63,723 bases of DNA, filler included, from Choristocarpus tenellus KU-1152 (GCA_964200185.2; 9 parts of 9 records of this genome joined end to end with filler, not necessarily neighbours in it); one strand, 5' to 3'; numbered from the whole stretch's first letter, positions 1-13,013 are shown. The notes: generated from the letters alone by a model not told the origin. Made by a program: numbers and translations.

Positions 1-2458
1 GGGAAAAGACTGTGATGGGTTTGTATACAAAGGACGCCGCTACCGCGGCCACCACCGCCTACGTCGACGAAACGGCTCGAGAAGGGATGGTGGTGAGGTG
101 CATCAGTGGGGATGGCGCTGGCGAGTTCGGGAGGAGCGTAAGGTTCCAGCGCATGCTGACAGAGCGGGGCGTGTAATGGCGAAAGACCCCTCCTCACACG
201 CCCCAGAGCAACGGGATTGCTGAGTGGGCTATCAAATAGGTGATGTAAGCGGCTCGCAGCCAGCTGATCCAGGCTGGACTGGGTAGGAGTTCTGGTTCTT
301 TGCGGTGGCAGACGCCACATACAAGACCACAGGCATGCCACACGAGTACCTGGGCGGCGAGACACCATGCGAGCGCCTGACTAGCAAGCCAATCAACTAC
401 AAGCAGCTCCGTGTGTTCGGGACGGAGTGCTTCGTGCATAAGACAAAGCAAGAGCGTGGCACTAACGCCAAGTTCCACCCGTACACGAAGCGGGGGATCC
501 TCATCGGGCACGACAGGGCATCACTGTGCTGGCACGTGTGGATCCCACAGGAAGGTAAGCTGGTGACCTCCGCACAAGTGAAATTCCAACCTGAAGCCAA
601 ATTCCTGGAACTGGTGGGCGAGCCAGAGCTGGACATACTGCCCCCAGTGGGGAGTCGGAGCACGACGATACCATGAACATCGATAGCGAAGAGGAGGCTT
701 CCACAACAGGGGCCAAGGCACACACGACTAGGCATGCGGGCGGAAACATTGGGCGTGGGGCTCAAGTTGCAAAGCACTCAGCACCCCATCAAAGTCAAGA
801 GATTTCTCGCAGGATGGGACAACGCCAGCGCATGGATAGGGCAGCGCAGCGCCTGGCCCCACACTCTGGACAGCGGGCATCTTCCCGGCTGGAGCAGGAT
901 CAGCGGGTGGACTACATATCCCAGCTGTACGACCTGGAAGGGAGTGAGGAAACGGACATGACACACTTCGTTTCAACCCTCATATAGCAGAACAACAACG
1001 ACGTGTACTTCCTTATGGGTCTCATGGGGGAGGTGGCAACAGGTGCAGACGAGCCGTCTACAACAAAGGAGGCCTTCACTGGGCCGGATGCAGAGCAGTG
1101 GCAGGAGGCCATAAAGAAGGAAATGACAGGGCTATGGCAAAAGGGGACTTTTGGTGACAAGACCCTGCCCCAAGGGAGGAAAGCAATCAAGACGTGATTC
1201 GTCTTCGAAATCAAGTACTTCGCAGACGGGACGGCGGAACGCCCAAAGGCGCGACTCGTGGCCCGCAGCTTCACACAAAACGCAGGTGTGGACTTCTTCA
1301 AAACCTTCAGCCCGGTGGTGGGGTACGACACACTACGGTGCGTAATATCAGTCGTAGCGAACAGGGGTTGGAGCATCGACGCCCTGGACTTCACACAGGC
1401 CTGCCTCAACGCAGACCTGCAGGAAGACGTCAGGCTAGAGCTTCAGGATGGCCGCACCGTCACAAAGAAGGCAATCTATGGGCTGAAGCAGTCAACCATT
1501 GAATGGTATCATGAGCTACGAGGCACCATTCTAGCAGAAGGGTGGACGAGCAGCCAACACGACGAATACCTCTACTTCAGGAAGAGTGAAAACGGACGCA
1601 TTGCCATCCTCATCATCTACGTGGACGACACTGCCACCACTGGGGACTTCACGGAAGAGATCCAGAGGATGAGGGCATCGCTGCTGGAGAAGTACGAGGG
1701 GCGGGATCTTGGCACGCCGGACAAGCTGATTGGGGTGGGCATCACTGTGGATGGAGACAGCATCACTATGGACCAACAGCTATACGCGGAAAGATTGTCA
1801 TGGCCGGGATGGGCTCCACGGAAGTGCGTGAAACATCGACACCACTGGACCCCAGGATTGACCTCTCTGCCAGGCATGACAACAAGGAGGAACTGAATCC
1901 CATCATCTACCCCTATACCAGCATCTTTGTCCAACTCATGTTTCTAGCAGGCATGACTCGCCCGGACCTGGCCAACAGAGTTCGTGAACTGGGGCGCAGA
2001 GCGGCGTCTCCATGCATGTGGCACTGGTGCAGACTGCAACACATTCTGCGCTACGTAGCAGGGACACGGGACGTCAGCATTCACTATGGTCGGGGGAGTA
2101 AAGATATGAACGAAGGAGACGGAGAGCTATTGGTGGGGGGTATGGGGGTTCTGACTGAGGCACCGACTCCCAAACACGCAGGAGCGTGACAGGTTACCTA
2201 CTATTGTTCAACGGATCGCCGATCGGCTGGCGCTCCAAGCTTCGAGGCGCCGTCACCTTCTCCAGCTTGGAGGCAGAGTGGACGGCAATGGCATACGGAA
2301 TGCGCCACTGCATTTTCCTTCGAGGTATTCTGGGGGAGATAGGCGTACTACAGGCAGGACCAGACTCCCATGTGCTATGACAACCGTGGTGCTATCCAGG
2401 CGAGCAGCATCACAGGCTTCAACGGGAGAACCAAGCATGTGGACATGAAGCTGAGATA
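1..2458 (+). mobile_element. Degenerate Ty1/copia retrotransposon pol (integrase, RT, RNase H), 5'-truncated by the window
   Basis: Integrase motifs (TPPHTPQSNGIAE; LRVFGTECFVHK; KRGILIGHD). RT motifs (WQEAIKKEM; ARSFTQNAGVDFFKTFSPV; AIYGLKQS; IYVDD). RNase H motifs (RSVTGYLLLFNGSPIGWRSK; SSLEAEW; RTKHVDMK). IN-RT-RH order is copia. Several stops and frameshifts. Confidence 0.93.
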
Positions 2459-2709
2459 GTACATTCAGATTATTAATGGAATGAGGTATGGGTTATTAAT
2501 CTGCATTCAACTACTTTGACATATTCGTTGACTTAGGTAGGAAGCACAAAAGCTAATATAATTAGCAATGAGAAGACACCCCACACAAAGGTCACTGTTC
2601 TAATTTCAATAATGTAATCACGTTCAGAAATGGGGAACCTTGTGAGTTTTCACACCCTTCTTATCTTCACTACTGACAAATAGCACTACCTCCGAAGGTA
2701 AATTGCCCA
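2452..2709 (+). repeat. LTR family A, 5'-truncated copy, followed by PBS-like GGTTGTGAGTCTCAG (2710-2724)
   Basis: Direct repeat of 5206-5458; ends ...AATTGCCCA. The next bases resemble the copia half-tRNA-iMet PBS GGTTATGGGCCCAG. Confidence 0.75.
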
Positions 2710-2728
2710 GGTTGTGAGTCTCAGTAGT

Positions 2729-3700
2729 ATGGAGAAAAGCAGCAGGTGATGGGCCTCAACAACATGAAGAAGTTGCCCAACTGGACTGGAGCACCAGGAC
2801 GACCAGTGCAGACTTGGACAACATGGAGATTATCTCTGGTGGTTTATTCCAGCGATAGTCTGTAAGACATTCTGCAGCGAAAATACATCCTCAACTCACG
2901 GAGGCACTAACGGAACAGGAACGAACATCTCACTGGACCTACGAAAGAGGAATCAATGAAGGATATGCGGAGAACGAGATTCCCGTGCAATTCATCACTT
3001 GGGAAGCGAAACTCCGTGGACTACGATGCGCGGCGTCTCTCACCATCAAGCTAGATAGAGCGACGACGGCCAGAGTTCGAGGACCTCAAGGAGCCAAAAT
3101 CGGAAAACCCAAGCTGAAGGCTAAGGAAACATGGGATATGGTACGATCGATAACGAGCAAGAACTGGAGGTCAAGGGGGATGGATACTTTGGGTACCTGG
3201 TATGCCATACCGAATATTGAGCACTCGGACCATGTGACAAAATGATGGAGATAATCGAGGCAACGCAGCTGGAGCTGCAACCCTGAACCTGAACCTCAGT
3301 CACAATAATCTATGGACCTGGAGCAGCCGTCACAACACTTGTCCCTGAGGGGGAGGGGGCATGCCCATCGATTGGAGACCCCAAGATTCTTGCTTACAGA
3401 ATGAGAATAGCAATTGCTGTACCTGCCACTAGGGGAGCAGGACATTTTCAGGAGCAGTAACTAAGCCTCCACCAGAAGGAAAAGGAGCAGCTAACCGCGG
3501 TAAGCCTAGGAGCACTCTAGCCGCTGGAGCCATAAACTTGTGGAAGAGAACACAGAAGGTCAGCGGAGGAGGCGAACAAGATACAACTCGTCAACGTACG
3601 GACCATATTACAACAGGATCCCCTACCAGAGACGAGATCAGGACCAATAGAAGATGTTTGAAACTGTGGACTGATCAAGCATATTGGTCCTTGTTCTCTT
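2729..3700 (+). mobile_element. Degenerate gag-like region of LTR-A copia element
   Basis: Lies directly after LTR and PBS; purine-rich broken ORFs (MGLNNMKKLPNWTG...WTTWRL; ORF 2985-3245). No decisive motif. Confidence 0.45.
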
Positions 3701-3736
3701 GAAGGAATATGCTACAACTGTCGAGGAAAAGGATAC

Positions 3737-4067
3737 TGTGCAAAAAAGGAAATGTTCCAATAGAGTTTTTGCTTTATGTGGTATGAATGAATTTATTAGC
3801 TCAGTGAGCACTATCTCTCGAGGTTGGGGGGTGCTCTGCCTCGTTATCTATTCCGCACGACAGCAGACACGTAAGAATGTGTCTGTGTCAGTCGCACTAC
3901 GTCATTCGTTTAACATCAGTCGTAGCTGTGTCGGTGATCCTGCGTCAGTCATAGCTGCGTCAGCTACTTATATTAAGCAGAAATAAAAAATTAACCCATG
4001 CAGATTAGAATCTTTTACTCTAAGCTTACTGAAACAAGTTATCGACACATAATCCACTCAATAAACA
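3737..4067 (+). repeat. LTR-like repeat family B, full copy
   Basis: TGTGCAAAA...AAACA termini; homologous to 5479-5664, 5663-5987 (reverse) and 8299-8372. Confidence 0.7.
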
Positions 4068-4087
4068 TTTCTGTTACCTAATACTTG

Positions 4088-4807
4088 TTACCAAAAAAAT
4101 AAGAACCTATAGACTACCAGCCTATATTGAGCACTTCCCCATGAGCGAGCAGCAAAGTTGTTGATAAAAGCAATCTGTGGACGCGAAAGTACGGAAGGCA
4201 CAAAATCAGAAGCGAGGCTCTTGCACAAAGACTTTGTCAAAATGTCAGCCAGTTGTTTTGATATTGGAACGTATTCTACGTGGAACAGACTCTGGTACAC
4301 GTATTCTCTGGTGCACTTCATCTTCATATCCACCTATGGACAGCACTGTACGCCTATCTCCCCCAGAATACCTCGAAGGAAAATGCAGTGGCGCATTCCG
4401 TATGCCATTGCCGTCCACTCTGCCTCCAAGCTGGAGAAGGTGACGGCGCCTCGAAGCTTGGAGTGCCAGCCGATCGGCGATCCGTTGAACAATAGTAGGT
4501 AACCTGTCACGCTCCTGCGTGTTTGGGAATCGGTGCCTCAGTCAGAACCCCCATACCCCACCAATAGCTCTCCGTCTCCTTGGTTCATATCTTTACTCCC
4601 CCGACCACAGTGAATGCTGACGTCCCGTGTCCCTGCTACGTAGCGCAGAATGTGTTGCAGTCTGCGCCAGTGCCGCATACATGGAGACGCCGCCCTGCGC
4701 CCCAGTTCACGAACTCTGTTGGCCAGGTCCAGGCGAGTCATGCCTGCTAGAAACATGAGTTGGTCGAGGATGCTGATATAGGGGTAGATGATGGGATTCA
4801 GTTCCTC
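4088..4807 (-). mobile_element. Copia RT C-terminus and RNase H fragment, inverted copy of 1889-2450, with PPT and start of an LTR
   Basis: EELNPIIYPYISILDQLMFLAGMTRLDLA; VEYVPISKQLADILTKSL. Near-identical to the + copy over ~4350-4807. PPT-like ATGGGGAAG followed by TG near 4133-4142. Confidence 0.9.
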
Positions 4808-5118
4808 CCATACACTAAGGGAGGGATCGTGATGGGACATGATTGTACATCACTGTGTTGGTAGATCTAAAGAAGCAGGTACAAGACTTCGTAGACAATG
4901 TGTTGACTAGATGAATGACGTATGTACGAGTTCAAGCAATCAGTGTTCTTTTCCTGCGTTGACAAGATAAATATGATGTGTGTGAGTGTTGAACCAATCT
5001 GACGTCTTTTACTTCCACTCTCATGGGGGAATATATACAATGGGGAGCGTGCACAATAAGATGTTCTAGGTTTGAGAGTTCCAGCAACTCTTTCATTTCC
5101 TGCACTCTCATGGGGGAG

Positions 5119-5458
5119 TGTGCAAAATAGGACAATAGTGAGGTGTACCTTATTTTGTGTATGAGATTATTGTGTTGAATTGAGGAGTCCTTGTGATATA
5201 AATAATGAGATAGTACTTCCGGATTATGTATGGGATTATGTATAGGTATTTATTCCGCATTCAACTACTTTGACATAACCGTTGACTTAGGTAGGAAGCA
5301 CAAATATATAATAAACAATCAATGAGAAGACACCCCACAAAGGTCACTCTTCTAATTTCAACCATGTAATCACGTTCAGCAAAGGGGGTCGTGTGAGGCA
5401 TCACACCTTGTCTTTAGCTACTAACAAATAGCATTACCTCCCAAGGTAAATTTGCACA
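5119..5458 (+). repeat. LTR family A, complete 340-bp 3' LTR preceded by a polypurine tract
   Basis: TGTGCAAA...TTTGCACA terminal inverted repeat; ATGGGGGAG immediately upstream; RNase H-end-like QDFVDNVLT* at ~4880-4910. Confidence 0.85.
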
Positions 5459-5478
5459 ATTTTCTGTGATACCAGAAT

Positions 5479-5664
5479 TATGGATGAACTTATTAGCGGA
5501 GTGAGCACCATCCCTTGAGGTGGGGGGTGCTCTGCCTCGTTATCTATTATTGCGCACGTCAGCAGACACGTCAGAACATGTCTGTGTCAGTCGCACTACG
5601 TCACTCGTTCTGCGTCACTAGTACTTCATCACTCGTTCTGCATCAGTCGTAGCTTCGTCAGTCG
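5479..5664 (+). repeat. LTR family B, internal fragment
   Basis: Matches 3783-3930 and, in reverse, 5760-5925. Confidence 0.75.
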
Positions 5665-5987
5665 TTGACGAAGTAGATTAATTGTCAATGACATGTTTCC
5701 GTACGCAATAGGTTCGAATCTCGATGGGTTGATTTCTTCTTGCTGCTTAATGTAAGTAGCTGACGCAGGACGACTGACGATGTACTAGAGACGCAGAACT
5801 AATGACGTAGTCGACTGACACAGACACGTTCTGACGCGTCTGCTGACGTGCGCAATAGTTAACGAGGTAGAGCACCCCCCACCTCGAGGGATGGTGCTCA
5901 CTCCGCTAATAAATTCATCCATACCACATAAAACAAAAACATACCAAATAAAGCAAAAAATCTCTATTCGAACAGCTCTTTTGCACA
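5663..5987 (-). repeat. LTR family B, near-full copy in reverse orientation
   Basis: Reverse complement begins TGTGCAAAAGAGCTGTTCGAATAGAG and aligns along 3737-4067. Confidence 0.75.
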
Positions 5988-8298
5988 AGATGGTACCTAA
6001 ATGTTTTTATACTTGAACTACCTTTTCACGTATAAGGAAGTGAAACATCAGAAGGATTTGGTGACAGCGAAAGCTGTAAATACTCTGCGATCATGGTGAA
6101 TGACTTGAGCATCTTCACTAACCTGCTTCAACATGCAGTTCTGAGATCACAGCAGATTCATTTATACAAGTGGTGCACAACCCTGGGGGCATGTGAGGTG
6201 TGGGTTGAATGATACAGCATCATATTTTAACATGTTGGTAAGGAGAGTGTGGGAGGTTTGGGGTGTGGATCATCACCTTAAGGTGTCCAATTCTCCTTTG
6301 ACTAATTGCATTGTTGAACATATGATGGATGAGGCGATACAGACACGGAAGACTACTTTGAATGAGGCACAACTCCATTTATGAGTGGGTGGTTTATGTG
6401 CTAGGAGTGGAGAGGGCCTGGGTACAATTAATCGTAAACTCATGTGTGCTCGCCCATATCAAATGATGCTTGGTAAGATACGAAGAATTTCGTAAGACAG
6501 TGCTTGAGGAAGTGGAGCATGTCCATTAGAAGCGGTGTGACGCAAGGAGTAAGGGTCAGATGCCCAACATTTCTGTGGATCATATTTGTGTAATCTAAGA
6601 GGGTCCGTTAGAGAGGTAGAACGCCAAAGTTGGCAAGCACTTGGATTGGACCATGGTGGGTGGTTGCTAAAGAGAACAGTCATTTATCAGGTCCAGAATA
6701 TTATTTCTGGGACGGTTAGGGGGCACATACATACCGCCTACATTTTAATTCTGACAGTGCATTGAATCTCACCATGGAATTGAAGCAACTACTTCAATAT
6801 GTGCATAATAAGCAAGGAGTTTTAAAAGGCAGTCATTCTGGATGAACATTGATCAGGTCTGGTTATGACATCTTTGTGGGCTTGTGGACTAAGTTGGATT
6901 TGAAGAGTGTAAGGGTTTACGGGAAGCTCTACCTTCTGATACTAAGGGATGTCCCTCTGACCTTGAACCATTGAAGAAACTTAAGGTGCTTAACCAAAGT
7001 GTGCCAGGGTAAGGGTCATGTACGGTTAACATTTGAGCCGAGTCTGTCTTTCTGAATATTCTCAGTTTGGTCTTCAAATTGAGCCTAGGTATGTTTTGCT
7101 GTATGTTCTTATTTGACCTAAGGAAAGGTTTATGATTTGTGTTTTTGTGGAGCTTGTACTTGTTACACTGGATTGGTAGCATCCTGAGATCTGAAAGTGT
7201 TGTAGACCGAGGTTTTTAAGGTTAAGACATTGGTGTTGGCATCAGTTGTATCTCCTTGAACATCTCTGATCTGAAACCACCTAGGCTCATTCTCGATATA
7301 CTAATCAACCTATACAAGCATATAGTGTGACTAGAGACGGAAGAATCCTTAGAGTGGTAATTGAATGTAGATACAGTGTCTGCAAGCAAGCTTGCACTTG
7401 CTGCGTTGTATTGGTACTGCGCTGGGGTCTGGGGATGTTATAGACCCAAAGTATTCATACATATGGCATTGTCATTGGCACTATTTGTTGTTTCTTTTTT
7501 GTCTATCATGACCATCTTGGGTACATCTTCCAAGGAGTCATTGATAGACTAATCAAGGTAGTCAAGCGTACAACGCAAGCCTCTAGAGGAGAAAGTCCTT
7601 TCAGACCATAAAAGACCATGGTTTCAGTGTCTACTGCTAAATACAGGTGGTGCACCAGTTCAGATCGGGCACACTTTGTTCAATTTTTTGTCCTCAAAGT
7701 CTGAATGAAGACTGCTATTTTCAACACTGATACCACAGTCAGTCAGTCTCCTGCTGCATGAACTTGATTGATAGTCAAGAAAAAAGAGAAAGTCAATGCC
7801 TGGTGTGTATGTATGAAAAATGCAATTTGTATGCAACATCTCCAGAGTCCAGCACGGTACCAACTCAAAGTAGCAAGTCAAGCTCATCATAAGACAGAAA
7901 AAAACAATTCCTTATACAAACACCAACTGAAAGGACATTGCAATATCTAGCGAGAATTAAGTCAAAAGAATAAAAATAAAAGGGTGACAAAATATCCCTA
8001 GACTTGATTTAAAGATCAAGCTGTTGTAATGGCTGAGGCATTCATGAGTGTAACTTCAGCTTCTTAAATATACCCCACACACACATAGCCAGGAGCATCC
8101 TTGAGAATAAGGCAGAGGTTTGCATGACACCTCATCCTCCTCAAATCCAATGCAGGTGACAATACATCGTGCCCAGCCTGTACTCTGTGCACATCCATTT
8201 CAAATCATCATAATTTTGCACATGTAGGAATTGTTCCTTATGTACTACACCAGAAAAATATCCTGCACTTTTTACACAAGAGGTCTTTGTGTGGCTAC

Positions 8299-8372
8299 TA
8301 TGCAAAAGAGAGCTACTCAAGTAGAGTATTTTGCTTTGTGTGGTATGGATATGTTTATTAGCGGAGTGAGCA
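8299..8372 (+). repeat. LTR family B, 5' end truncated by contig end
   Basis: TATGCAAAAGAGAGCT...TTTATTAGCGGAGTGAGCA matches the start of family B. Confidence 0.75.
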
Positions 8373-8472
8373 NNNNNNNNNNNNNNNNNNNNNNNNNNNN
8401 NNNNNNNNNNNNNNNNTTAATTAATTAANNNNNNNNNNNNNNNNNNNNNNNNNNNNNNNNNNNNNNNNNNNN
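8373..8472. other. Artificial assembly linker
   Basis: N44-TTAATTAATTAA-N44; stops in all six frames; identical at eight sites. Confidence 0.98.
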
Positions 8473-8619
8473 GGGGGGGGGGGGGGGTGGGGGGGGGGTG
8501 GGGGCGGCGGGGGGGGAGGGGAGGGGGGGGGGGGGGGGGGGGGTGGGGATCCTAAAAATAGCTACATGTTTACATTGGGCTTGCAGGTGTACACAAAAAA
8601 TAGAGTGAAAAATAGATGG

Positions 8620-9290
8620 CAACACTCCACAAATGAGCAGGGTAATTTCCGAAGGAGCACATTGGCTCCTGTTGAAGATGCAACAGCTGCGGAAACGAAT
8701 TGGAAAAAGCTCTATAGGTGTGTTCTGGCATACTCGGACAGTACGAGTGTAGAGTGGGACGCAAAAAACTGGTTGAGGGGAAACTGGCACTCAATACGTA
8801 TGTATTCATGTTGTGGACTGGAGGCCGACCTGGATTTGTACGCAATACCCTCCTCCGATTTTTCACCTTCTTGCAGGCGTCTGCAATCCGGGCAAAGGAC
8901 CAGTGCGTTACTGTGGGCACGCGCGCGAACGAGAGGAACACAAAAGGCGAGTAACCAAGCCACGACGTGTGTTCTACGATAAAGAGTTCCTTTGATTTGT
9001 CAGAAGGTTCCCCTTGAAAGTATGTGTGACGTAGAGGAGCGCTTTTCTGCAGTGCCCGGGGACAGGGAATGAGCACGGGGGTGCGTATGCAATTGGACAC
9101 AGAGGCAGTGGCAAGTGCAAGACGCGGTCTCTCACCTCCGTGTAAAGGCGCATGGCTTCGTCATAGTCCTTACTGGCAAATGCATCATTTCCAGCCCTGA
9201 GAGTGAGGGATAGCAAAGTGAGTTAGGTTGTTGGTCTGGAGGATTGCGTGCACGTAAAGGTTAACCTTGTCCGGTATGACGTTTGCCTGC
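8620..9290 (-). CDS. Partial multi-exon TPR-repeat protein gene; exon structure uncertain
   Basis: Exon 9196-9136 (cag|...|gtgag) encodes AGNDAFASKDYDEAMRLYTE, a typical TPR helix pair. A downstream exon near 8687 reads CCIFNRSQCA (TPR 'NRS' motif). Confidence 0.55.
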
Positions 9291-9570
9291 TGTAGGTAGT
9301 GAGGATGGATGGTAATCGATATTGCGTTTGGGTATTGGAGGATGGATTGAAGCATGCTCTTCGTAACTCCTTGGTGAGTATACTGGCATACCAATGCTTC
9401 CTCAAGTGACCATCTAGTGAGCCAGCAGCCCGAGAATTAACGCACTCGCTCTTTCGTCAACCAGGGCGTTAGCAGGTTTCCAAGCAATCAAACTTGCCAC
9501 GAACCAGATGACTTTTAACATACTTCAGGGCATTCTTCTAAGGGGATCAAGAGAAAATGCACCAAAATTC

Positions 9571-9614
9571 AACCAACCAACCAACCAACCAACCAACCAA
9601 CCAACTAACCAACC
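9571..9614. repeat. (AACC)n microsatellite
   Basis: About 11 units visible. Confidence 0.95.
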
Positions 9615-11191
9615 ACACACACTTTTTTTTTGCCTCCGCAATAGCTTTGTTGTCGCTCATGGTCGAACGAACGACCCTCGTCCAGGTATCTGGGGCTTGC
9701 ACGGTCCGTGGTCTGTGGTCCAACTAGCGACGAACCAATGACGTTTCTTGGCACCTGGATAAAAGATTTCCACGGTATATAAGAATTTTGTTATTGTGCA
9801 ACGTCTATCACGTGGTACGCAGTCGCGATCCTAGTATAGTAAGGGTAAAAATAGACACAATGACTGCTTGTATCTCAAGTAAAAGCAAACATTACTATGG
9901 TATCAACACTAGTGGAGACTAATAATCAAGCCTGAGATTCCCAAGGAAAAATGTCTACATTGCGACAAAGGAATTGCTTGTGGACCGCCAATCTAGAGGT
10001 TCGGCATCAGAAAACCGCCGAGAGTCCTCGCCTTGTTCGTAAAGTGTACTTGGAGAGAGGAGGTATGGTATAATTTGTTGTGCTTCTTGTATGTATCATT
10101 GGGTGTCCAAATCATACGTTGCCACACCGTATAGAAAAAATGAAAGAAGATTCGTACCTAGAATATATCTTTATTATTATGCCCTATCTTCTCAAGTCGC
10201 ATAATAATAAAGTATAGTACAACCGAGAAGAGTCGATAGTACCTTTCAGTAATAGTACTTCTCATAATATGAACCAATCTAGTAGTATTTAGTTGTATGG
10301 GGTTTGTGAACAAAATTAAATCAATTGTGTAAGGTGGTAACCAGGTGTGTGGTGAGAGAGGTGATTCAGGATGGTGTATTGGAAGGCCTTTATCATGAAG
10401 AACACACAACCTGCTGTTGTTGTGGTTATCTTATTCTCTCCGTTGTATACGTCGATCTTTGTCTCCCCCATGTCAACATCTTGAAAAGTGTTGACCGATG
10501 ATACAGAATGTGTAATTCTTGTATGTGTGTTTGTGTGTGTGTGTCTTCTTATAAACCAAATCACTTCAAAAGAGTCACCTTCAATAGTTACTACTCTGGG
10601 ACATCACTATTGCTATCTGATCCAAAATTTCAACACCCACCATCTTCAACTTCCACCTACACCCCCTAACTCCGAATAAAATTGTTTCCATAACAAGGGA
10701 GAGTTAAACCACTCGTTTGCTGTTATTGCTATGACCTGACTGAGGTATACTACCCAAGGATCGAAACAATAACGTGGCAATAGAGGAGGTTTGCCTTAGT
10801 CTTTGATTTTGTGATGACAAAAAGATGCAGAACCCAACATCCACATGGTCTTTCCATACCTACGTTTTGTTTAATTAATACCCCCAGCACCAGCCGTATT
10901 CCTTACAGTCAATACCTTAGGATTCTTCCCTTGTTTGATTCTAGACCGCCTCCATAGTCCCAGTCCTTAAAGAAATTTTATTTATGTGTATCATCTTGTG
11001 TGAAACATTTCCTGTTGTCATATACTTCTGTACTAGAATTTAGACAATGGGGTCGAAATAGAAGGATTTCTTGTTAGTCTTTGATTTTGTGTTCGTATTT
11101 TAACCAATTTTTGTCGCCCCTTTAATAAGAAGGAGAACCCACCGCCCATTTCTAGTTTTAGCATTCATTTGAAAATAATTTAATGGGATAC

Positions 11192-11238
<47 letters not shown>
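11192..11238. repeat. Compound (GT)n(GA)n microsatellite
   Basis: Seen directly. Confidence 0.95.
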
Positions 11239-11239
<1 letters not shown>

Positions 11240-11638
11240 ATTAGTGGTGATGTCTTGGCTTGCAACATACCGTGCATGGATGAAGAAATAATTTGGAAAT
11301 CCACCAAATTTGTTGCACCAAGTAGGAGGGCGAACGATGTCTCGCAGGAAGGGGAAAGCTCGTGGAAGATGGCAAGGGGGGTGGCTAGGTTGGTAAGTAT
11401 GACCAACTACTGTTGGTGTTTTCGGACGGCCTTTACTGCGAGTAATACAGAATTTTACCTCTGTGTTTAGTGATTATTCCCTGCCTTGTATATTGCTTCT
11501 TGTCCCCACCATTGCAGTATCTATAAAACTTCAGTGATCACAAATATAATAAAATGTCTTGGTATGGACCAACGTTTGTAGTGTTGGTTACGAAACAATG
11601 CTCTTCCTATACACAAGGGAACAACTATAGTTTTAGTA

Positions 11639-11981
11639 AACCTAAAGTATCTGGGGGGGGGNNNNNNNNNNNNNNNNNNNNNNNNNNNNNNNNNNNNNNN
11701 NNNNNTTAATTAATTAANNNNNNNNNNNNNNNNNNNNNNNNNNNNNNNNNNNNNNNNNNNNAAGGGAGGGGCAGGCTAGGAAGGGGGCGGGGGGGGGGGG
11801 GGGGGGGGGGGGGGGTCTACACCAGAGTGTCCATTTGAACCAAAATCAGTAAAAGTGCATTAACATTATCCGTCCGACATACGCAATCAAATCACACAAA
11901 AATCACAACATTCAAAAAAATTGATTCTGAATGGAAAGTCGCCACACAGACACACAGACACAGAGAGAGATACTTTCAGCC
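11639..11981. mobile_element. MITE family E, with one end on each side of the assembly gap
   Basis: TAAAGTATCTGGGG before the gap; GGGGTCTACACCAGAGTGTCCATTT...AGATACTTTCAGCC after it. Homologous to 38707-38893, 40324-40615 and 60225-60392. Confidence 0.7.
11662..11761. other. Artificial assembly linker
   Basis: N44-TTAATTAATTAA-N44. Confidence 0.98.
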
Positions 11982-12587
11982 ATGACCTAAAGCCTCTCCG
12001 AAATCAAATCAAGAGCCTCACAAATTTCACCAAGCCCCACCTACCTCGGCAACCCAGTGTCTCCACCTCAACAAACTGTATGATACGCCTGGAGAGCACA
12101 CTATTTACCATCTACATGGAACAACAAACGCTACCCACCCAAGTAGCCTCTAAGTGCCATCCACAACAACAACCACCAGGGGGCATCCACATCGACCCAG
12201 AGCATTTTCCTGGACTGCAGGCAAATAAATCTTGTGGTGCACAGAGCAAACATCACCCAAGAAGGGGGTCTGTCTACGCTGGCTCTCGGGCCTTTCACGA
12301 GCCCCCTTATGTTCTGCAACAACACTTAACACAGTATATAACCTCTTTTTAATTTTTATTTTAATTTAATTTTTTTTTTTATAATATTTTTTTCCAATTT
12401 TTTTTTTTTTTTTTTTCTTTCTTATGACCTCGGACAGACAGGGGTGGGGGTGGGGGCATGGGTTTTGAGGAGAGAGTTCCAACATCAACGTACGAAGAGC
12501 GACTGAGTGCTAATATTTACCATTTTCCACACAACCAAAAAAAAAATGAGAATGAGGGGTAGGGTTTTCTGTGTACGGACCTCTATT

Positions 12588-12682
12588 ACTATGAACATAC
12601 ACTATGAACATACACTATGAACATACACTAGATTTGGACATACACTATGAACATACACTATGAACATACACTATGAACATAC
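12588..12682. repeat. 13-bp minisatellite ACTATGAACATAC, six perfect units plus one variant
   Basis: Three units, a 17-bp variant (ACTAGATTTGGACATAC), then three units. Confidence 0.95.
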
Positions 12683-12981
12683 CGGAACATGGTGGAGACA
12701 GTTTAACTTAGATTTGGATCACATGTATATTTTTTTATCGATATAATTTCATCTTTTTATTTCAACAATAATAATGTACTGCTGCAGTACTGAAGTAGTA
12801 GTCTTGCCAACTCCAAACATAGTGCAGGTTTTTGTTTTTCCAAATACTTCTAGAAGCATCCCTCCTCAATGGAGAGTGTGTCCAATTTTAACAGGGTGTT
12901 GATTCAAATTTTACCTTAAAAGCACGATCAACTTATATTCTTAAAAAGTGATGGAGTGTGTAAGTCACCACAGTTATCACC

Positions 12982-13013
<32 letters not shown>

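Noticed and set aside
2156-2158. TGA at a conserved Trp in both copia copies as evidence of UGA recoding
   Set aside because: Host genes here end in TGA (helicase, UXT) and use TGG for Trp; a shared nonsense mutation is simpler.
6190-7600. Possible decayed retroelement ORFs
   Set aside because: No diagnostic gag, protease or RT motif recognised.
8373-8472. Recurring palindromic TTAATTAATTAA flanked by Ns (eight sites)
   Set aside because: Fixed 100-bp six-frame-stop assembly linker, not biology. Gene neighbourhoods across linkers cannot be assumed.
12588-12682. 13-bp repeats as CRISPR or iterons
   Set aside because: Simple minisatellite without spacers.
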